Positions 58,052 to 64,000 of a DNA stretch of 64,000 nt are shown one piece after another. The stretch lies in NCBI GenBank assembly GCA_040437565.1, contig JBDOQK010000006.1:558001-622000 (forward strand), in the 5' to 3' direction. Source of the DNA: Albugo candida (taxonomy: Eukaryota). The position numbers and the translations under genes were made by a program. The number at the start of each line of letters is the position of its first letter. Position 1 is the stretch's first letter. Below the pieces are notes generated by a model. The model made no database searches. It was given only the letters and a program-made list of their open reading frames with translations, and had not been told where the DNA came from.

Positions 58052-58990
58052 TACAAGTTTTATCTGTAATTCACTGAAAGTGATACCAATTTGTCGACAT
58101 TGTCCTATAAACTCCAAAATCTTTATTTGTGACTGCTCAAAATACTCTGTCAGTCCCCAAGGACGAAGATAAAGAGCACGTTGTCGTAGACCGTGGCATC
58201 CGACAAGCAACATGCAGACTGGTCCATATTGTGCGTACAGCATCCACCATGCTCAAAGATTTTACTACTGCAAATCTGTCGTGCTAAGCAGCTTTATGCG
58301 GTTCATCTGCTCCAATTGAGAGCATTCGCCGCTGCACAATAGCACATTCTCCTTTGCAAATCGCACTGCAAGTCTCGTTGTTGATTTTCTCATCATCTGA
58401 TCCTATTGTTGCGGATGGAAAACACCATTGATAGGAGCTGCGAGGGAGGAACATGGAATGTGATAGTGCTGTTGGCAACCTGACCCAACAAAAGTTTCCT
58501 CAGACACTGCTGGATTTCTATCCATGGGCTACATACATCATAAGTCACTTTGGCGAAATGAGTTGAACAAGAACTCCTTCATTTTTATAGAGAGCTATGT
58601 GAACAATACATTTTGACAGTAATTGACGCACAACTTCCATCTAGTTGGCTACATCATCGGACATCTGAAAGCACCAATCAAATTGTCGAAGACTAGTTTT
58701 TTTGAAATGCTGAATAAGGGCAAGAAGATGCATCTGATAGAAACGCAGATGACAGTAGACTCTTTCATCGTTTGACGATGGTACCGTACAGAAACCTCGT
58801 ACTTGTCGTAAGAGATGCTAACCGATTTTCCGCTCAAACAACATGTGACAATGTCGCGGTTATACTTTATAAACATCTGTTAAGCTGACCGTATCGAGAA
58901 CACCTGTTGATATGATATGAACTGTTCTCAGACCACAAGTTCTCAATTCGCAGTGACTCCTTTGATTATAAATTTGTATTGTCGATTGAA
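58052..58990 (-). pseudogene. Decayed copy C of the TFIIIC-1 5' end plus upstream DNA
   Basis: Reverse complement aligns to ~22180-23125; EYFEQSQIKILEFIGQCRQIGITFSELQIKL; frameshifts; truncated by a gap. Confidence 0.88.
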
Positions 58991-60235
58991 AGCCCCATTG
59001 CACATGCATGAATTCTTCGTGGGTCTGGCTATATATCGTACTCTCTCGGAAGATTCGGAAGCGATGCACATTCCCATTGATTCGGATCAAGACATACGGC
59101 GCGAAAGAACGCTCGCTTGTCGACGCAGACAACATATTCGCGGTCACGTTAATACCATCAGCAACCCAGTAATCCAACATATCAAAGTTGCTGTTCAAAC
59201 AATCGAGAATCGAGTCACCGCGGAGAAGTACACTCAGCATCTTAACTGACTTGGCCTGCATAAAGGGGTTAGACTCCGTTCTCCGTATGAATCATCCGCA
59301 CTTGTTCTGTATTCCGCTGGATGGGTGGGATGAATCATTGCAAGTGCTAGGCCGGTAGATACCCACTTGTGTCGAAAAATGCTGCGTCCTTGGCCACGCA
59401 CAAAAAATACCACGGTAGATCCAGGCATCTGGACTTCGTCGCTACCTTTATTCATAGCAAACACAATTGTAGGAGCGCAAGATATCGAGGCGTCTGCACT
59501 ACCAACGTGGATATCTATCAACGATGACGTCATCTTCTTCTATGCTACGACTGAGCGGAAAAAGTCAAATACATCTTTGCGTTCTACTATTGCATTCGCT
59601 ATCTCTGTGAAATGATTATGCGGAGACAATCACCCGCCCAAGCTGCTTAGCTTACAACTCGTTTTCGCGTCATTTAATTAGATGAGTTACAGGGGAGTGG
59701 ACATGTGCTCTTAAGCCGATTAGTTACGACTTTGAACGCATTTTCGATAGATGTCTATACCTTTTATTGAAACCATTTCAATGCTGACTACGTCTTTCGA
59801 TGGTCCCACAAAACTTTCGAGAATGTCGACTCAGACGAAAGATTGCAATCTCAAATGGAAGCTCATGGATTAATAAAGCACCGCTATTCAATATGGAAGA
59901 CTGATCTTTCAATTTCTACGAGTATATCAGGAAGGAAGAACGACAAAACTATAAGCAAAATACTGAATTGAATTTATATGCTAAACCTGAAGACAAATGG
60001 ATGTACGCCCGGCTTAACTGCTACAATCGTTCTCTCCCATAATGCGACAATGTAAAGTGTCCATTTCCCCAGGCCGATGAGCAAAAAAACTCTCGCAAAT
60101 AAAAGTCAATTGACTTCGTTCAGCAACAAATGTTAATGTGGCATTATCGCAAACTAATAGGCAGGTAAGTGTACGTGATCAATACTTTGGGATCATATTT
60201 GCACCGCCGACATTGTATCGCCTCTGGAGTATAGA

Positions 60236-63200
60236 CTATCGGAGCCGTGTAGCCACTTTGTGAATGTATTCCATCAATACGGGAAACAAAGCCGTGACAC
60301 TGTCATTGATAAGACCAAGAAAAAACTGTTCTGCTTGCTCATCGGTCAAATCAAGTCGAAATTTTTCTTGAACTTTTTGCAATGTGGTTTCCGGATCGTT
60401 GGTTAATTCTTCGATTCCTGCATCAACCATCAAACTCAAAAGATTTAATATGAGGTCGGCACTTTTTCGCAACCAGTTGTATGCTTGACAGCAATAGGTT
60501 TTGAATCGAAGATAATGAACACTTTCCAGGCCACCCATTCCTTCGACCATCTCTTTTGTTAATTTGAAAGGTGGAGGTAGCAGTTTCGGATCAGCTCCAA
60601 AAATAAAGCCAAAGTCGATATGAAATAAATGGCCCTCTGTCTTCATCATCAAATTATCGAGATGACGATCTCCGATCCCCAACAAATATGTCAACACGCA
60701 GTACCCTGCAACAGACTTTATGTAGTTACTCAGTGCTTCCGGGGCAACACCGTAATCACCATGCGGATCAGGATGATGCTTGCGCAAGAAAGAGAGAACT
60801 TGCGGAGATTCAAAATTGGATACGACGTACGAAACTGGGTACGAATCTTGCACAAATTCCATAAGTCCATTGTCGGTACCAGTTGCCAGTATTCGATAAG
60901 GAGTCAGCTTGAGGTCTAAATTTACTTTTTTCAAAAGGCGGTCCATGAGGATGAACATTTGCATAATGAGCTGATCTTGGCGCAGATCATCCCCATTTTT
61001 GACCATAACTTTGTACATTGGACCCTCACGATCCCTATTCAAGTACTGGATCATTCTTGCTGGGAGAGACTCACGTATAACACTTGACTCGTTATAGCTA
61101 AGTGATCGGCTTGGTGCTTGTTCTGTAATATCTCCATTTGAGCTTATCATAGAAGCATTTAGAGTCACGGCACCACTTTGTGCTTGTGGAGATTGTACTG
61201 TCTGGAATTGAATAACAGCTGGATACAACGCACTTTTGAACATTTTGGTCGAGGCAGGAGCAATGCCACTAAGATAAATGTTGGGGTCCAATGGCAAGCG
61301 AATCAGCATTCCTTTTGGCCATGGCAATTGCTTGAGATATTGCCGGAGTTTTTCTTCTTTTTGATCCTTTTTACCTTTTTCTTCTCTTGCTTTAGCTTGA
61401 CAAGTCAGGATTCGGTCCATAAAGTCTCGCTGTGCCATCAACATCTCATACATAAGCCGTTTCTCTTCATCTTGTTTCAACTCGTCCATCATTTTAGTCA
61501 ACACAACTCGAAAGATCTCAGCGTCCAGGCTCACATCGCTGGCTTCAACACGAAGGTACCAATAAAAATAATTGGCCATCTGAAAGCTGGTGGTGGAGCG
61601 ATCGATCAGAAACCGTGCCAGCGGCCCAAGTGTTTCGCCAGATATCTGGCCAAATCGTTCAGACTCGGCATCGCTGTTAGGTATGCCTCGATTTGTCTCA
61701 TCCGATGTAGCAGCAGGTCCACGGGATGTTGATGTCTTTTTCTCATACCTTAACGCCTGAACCAGCTGAAGTAGATAATCCAATATTTCTTCATTTGTTG
61801 CTTTTGAGAGGGTGGAAACAGCAAAGTTGCGGATATTTTCATGCTTGAACTCCTTTTCTCGTCCAAGAAGCTTGAGAGCATCGGCAATATCGATTTCACA
61901 CCACTGATGCAATAAATCAATTGCTTGTTTGACTTCTGTTTCATCATTCCAGTCCACAGAGAGTAGAAATTTGATAACTGCTTTTTTATTATCCGTCAAT
62001 GTATATCTGAATTTCCATAGTAAATCTTTGTCTTCGTTCTTCAAAGAGTCCGTGGGAGTTGCTAGTAATACCTCAATACGAGCTTTCTCGTTTCTGGAAG
62101 GTTTGAGATTCGGATCGATCGATCCGCGCAGAATATCTCGAGCAAGTTTTCGGTACTTTCGCTCCGCCGGATTTTCAGCATTCATATCAGGATCCCAAAT
62201 AGAAATCAATAATCCTGGATCTGATNNNNNNNNNNNNNNNNNNNNNNNNNNNNNNNNNNNNNNNNNNNNNNNNNNNNNNNNNNNNNNNNNNNNNNNNNNN
62301 NNNNNNNNNNNNNNNNNNNNNNNNNCAAGAAGCTTGAGAGCATCGGCAATATCGATTTCACACCACTGATGCAATAAATCAATTGCTTGTTTGACTTCTG
62401 TTTCATCATTCCAGTCCACAGAGAGTAGAAATTTGATAACTGCTTTTTTATTATCCGTCAATGTATATCTGAATTTCCATAGTAAATCTTTGTCTTCGTT
62501 CTTCAAAGAGTCCGTGGGAGTTGCTAGTAATACCTCAATACGAGCTTTCTCGTTTCTGGAAGGTTTGAGATTCGGATCGATCGATCCGCGCAGAATATCT
62601 CGAGCAAGTTTTCGGTACTTTCGCTCCGCCGGATTTTCAGCATTCATATCAGGATCCCAAATAGAAATCAATAATCCTGGATCTGATGAAGATAGGTGGA
62701 ATTTCCCTGGTGTCATTCCAGTTGTCGAAACTGCTGATGTCGTATCTGAATCGTGAAGGTAATTGATACCGCCTGCTCCATTCGTGCTAGTATGAGCTCC
62801 ATTACTTGCCAGGCTCCCATAATGACCCATTGTTGCGGTTCTCTTAGGCAAATTGTATTCTCCTGTCGTAGTCGTAGTCGAACCAGTAGAATTGGCTGCG
62901 ACCGTATGAGCCATAAGATTTCTTTGTGAGTAAGGTTCTTCCTCATAAATGACCGGGTATTCGAAAAAGGGCATCTCAATCCACAGCACAGCGTGGTCTC
63001 GATATACACAAAACGGACTCCAAGGCTCATTTTGTCCAGGTGGCTCGTACCCTCGTCTTATTCTCGATATTCTCCTATCTGTCACCCCATCCATCCATTC
63101 GTTACTTGGAATTTCCTTCCGATCATATTTCTCTCTTAACTTATCTAATCGAAAGCATTCTTGTTTATTCCACTCATCATCCACTTCAAAGGGTGTCGTA

Positions 63201-63748
63201 GAGGCTGGAGACGGATCTGCTTCTCGATCCTTCCAAATACGAAGTCCCTGAAGACCATCTCGCAAAACGCCATGGTGCGTGAATAGAGGGATTGTGCTTC
63301 CCCCCAGTGGTGTCCATCCAACACCCCATACATTCACAACCAAATGCGCGTGACGCGTCAGATCGCGATAATTAAGCGGGAAAGATAGCCATTCGTTCCA
63401 ATATAAGCTTGTTTCACTACATTTAGTCGGCCCTTTAGTGCTGATTAACATCGGGTGCATTGGTAAGCCGTCGGAGAAAATCTGTGCCGTCACAAAAACT
63501 TCACTCATTGCAGAATCACGTAATTGCTCGAGTTCATTGCCTACAAATTGCTCTAGACTCAGACGATACAAATCAAAGGATAAAAAGGTGGACTTTGTTT
63601 CGACATCTTTATTATTGGAAAGGTTTTCTACTGATGAAAGCGGACCGCAAAACGGTGACAATTCAATGTAAGATATCTTGATCCGAATACTAGATTTTAT
63701 GCCGCTGCTGAGATAGTATCGATATTCGCGCATTCCGCCGTATATCAT
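60236..63748 (-). CDS. VPS34: Class III phosphatidylinositol 3-kinase
   Basis: PI3K-C2 (WNEWLSFPLNYRDL), helical domain (YLLQLVQALRYE), catalytic motifs KNGDDLRQDQL, GIGDRHLDNL, HIDFGFIFG; 61864-62225 repeated at 62326-62687 across a gap. Confidence 0.96.
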   Translation of the reverse strand: MIYGGMREYRYYLSSGIKSSIRIKISYIELSPFCGPLSSVENLSNNKDVETKSTFLSFDLYRLSLEQFVGNELEQLRDSAMSEVFVTAQIFSDGLPMHPMLISTKGPTKCSETSLYWNEWLSFPLNYRDLTRHAHLVVNVWGVGWTPLGGSTIPLFTHHGVLRDGLQGLRIWKDREADPSPASTTPFEVDDEWNKQECFRLDKLREKYDRKEIPSNEWMDGVTDRRISRIRRGYEPPGQNEPWSPFCVYRDHAVLWIEMPFFEYPVIYEEEPYSQRNLMAHTVAANSTGSTTTTTGEYNLPKRTATMGHYGSLASNGAHTSTNGAGGINYLHDSDTTSAVSTTGMTPGKFHLSSSDPGLLISIWDPDMNAENPAERKYRKLARDILRGSIDPNLKPSRNEKARIEVLLATPTDSLKNEDKDLLWKFRYTLTDNKKAVIKFLLSVDWNDETEVKQAIDLLHQWCEIDIADALKLLXXXXXXXXXXXXXXXXXXXXXXXXXXXXXXXXXXSDPGLLISIWDPDMNAENPAERKYRKLARDILRGSIDPNLKPSRNEKARIEVLLATPTDSLKNEDKDLLWKFRYTLTDNKKAVIKFLLSVDWNDETEVKQAIDLLHQWCEIDIADALKLLGREKEFKHENIRNFAVSTLSKATNEEILDYLLQLVQALRYEKKTSTSRGPAATSDETNRGIPNSDAESERFGQISGETLGPLARFLIDRSTTSFQMANYFYWYLRVEASDVSLDAEIFRVVLTKMMDELKQDEEKRLMYEMLMAQRDFMDRILTCQAKAREEKGKKDQKEEKLRQYLKQLPWPKGMLIRLPLDPNIYLSGIAPASTKMFKSALYPAVIQFQTVQSPQAQSGAVTLNASMISSNGDITEQAPSRSLSYNESSVIRESLPARMIQYLNRDREGPMYKVMVKNGDDLRQDQLIMQMFILMDRLLKKVNLDLKLTPYRILATGTDNGLMEFVQDSYPVSYVVSNFESPQVLSFLRKHHPDPHGDYGVAPEALSNYIKSVAGYCVLTYLLGIGDRHLDNLMMKTEGHLFHIDFGFIFGADPKLLPPPFKLTKEMVEGMGGLESVHYLRFKTYCCQAYNWLRKSADLILNLLSLMVDAGIEELTNDPETTLQKVQEKFRLDLTDEQAEQFFLGLINDSVTALFPVLMEYIHKVATRLR

Positions 63749-64000
63749 CGTTCGATTTCGACTCTTAGCGAATTACGTGTGGTCGAAGGATATTGGTAAT
63801 ACTGGTAATATTTACTTTTATAACGCCGCCATCGTTTCTCCCATCCTAATCGTCCTGTTCTAAGTGAACAAAAGCATTATTCTCCCTCAGTGAGAGCATC
63901 TAACTTGGCTTCCATTCGGGCCATTGCAGTCGCCAATTTATCGATATCCGCGGTATGCTGACCTAATGTATGGAACATAGCGCCTTGTTGTGTCGCAAGC

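Noticed and set aside
58990-60200. Short ORFs between TFIIIC copy C and VPS34
   Set aside because: No recognisable family; possibly decayed coding or repeat DNA, but not supportable.
61864-62687. Apparent internal repeat in the VPS34 helical region
   Set aside because: Identical copies on either side of a 100-N gap; unmerged overlap.
16926-63748. Functional cluster of endosomal genes (VPS37, FYVE kinase, GOST, GILT, VPS34)
   Set aside because: Spread over 47 kb among unrelated housekeeping genes; no evidence of co-regulation; compatible with chance.
1-64000. CRISPR arrays, prokaryotic defence systems, rRNA or tRNA genes
   Set aside because: None seen by eye; the window is eukaryotic with spliceosomal introns. 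tRNAscan-SE or Infernal would be needed to exclude small RNA genes.

Overview
Eukaryotic, gene-dense draft scaffold with short GT-AG introns and ten 100-N gaps. Gene content points to an oomycete (7TM-TKL-DEP kinase, FYVE-AGC kinase, plasmepsin-V-like protease, flagellar IFT38); an Albugo-like genome is an inference from compactness and intron size. About 24 protein-coding genes are supportable, including RPL7, RPS24, a thiolase, U1-70K, a VPS37-like gene, TFIIIC subunit 1, YchF, ZIP11, a dual-specificity phosphatase, CLUAP1, ABCF, TMEM87/GOST and VPS34. The most unusual signals are: (1) a 14-exon type-I membrane protein with two tandem GILT thiol-reductase domains (CAAC and CPAS), largely missed by the ORF track; (2) an ARB2/FAM172A-like + C2 + FYVE + AGC kinase fusion; (3) a CENP-B/psq-type HTH fused to an M20D amidohydrolase; (4) an alpha/beta hydrolase with Cys at the nucleophile position and a PDZ-like insert; (5) an OB-fold + CCCH + SAM-methyltransferase protein; (6) three decayed, inverted, rearranged copies of the TFIIIC gene's 5' part, associated with a dispersed repeat. 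A decayed Ty1/copia element retains its primer-binding site. Seven exact gap-flanking duplications and two fold-back hairpins are treated as assembly artifacts. All family assignments come from motif recognition by eye; no database search was run.
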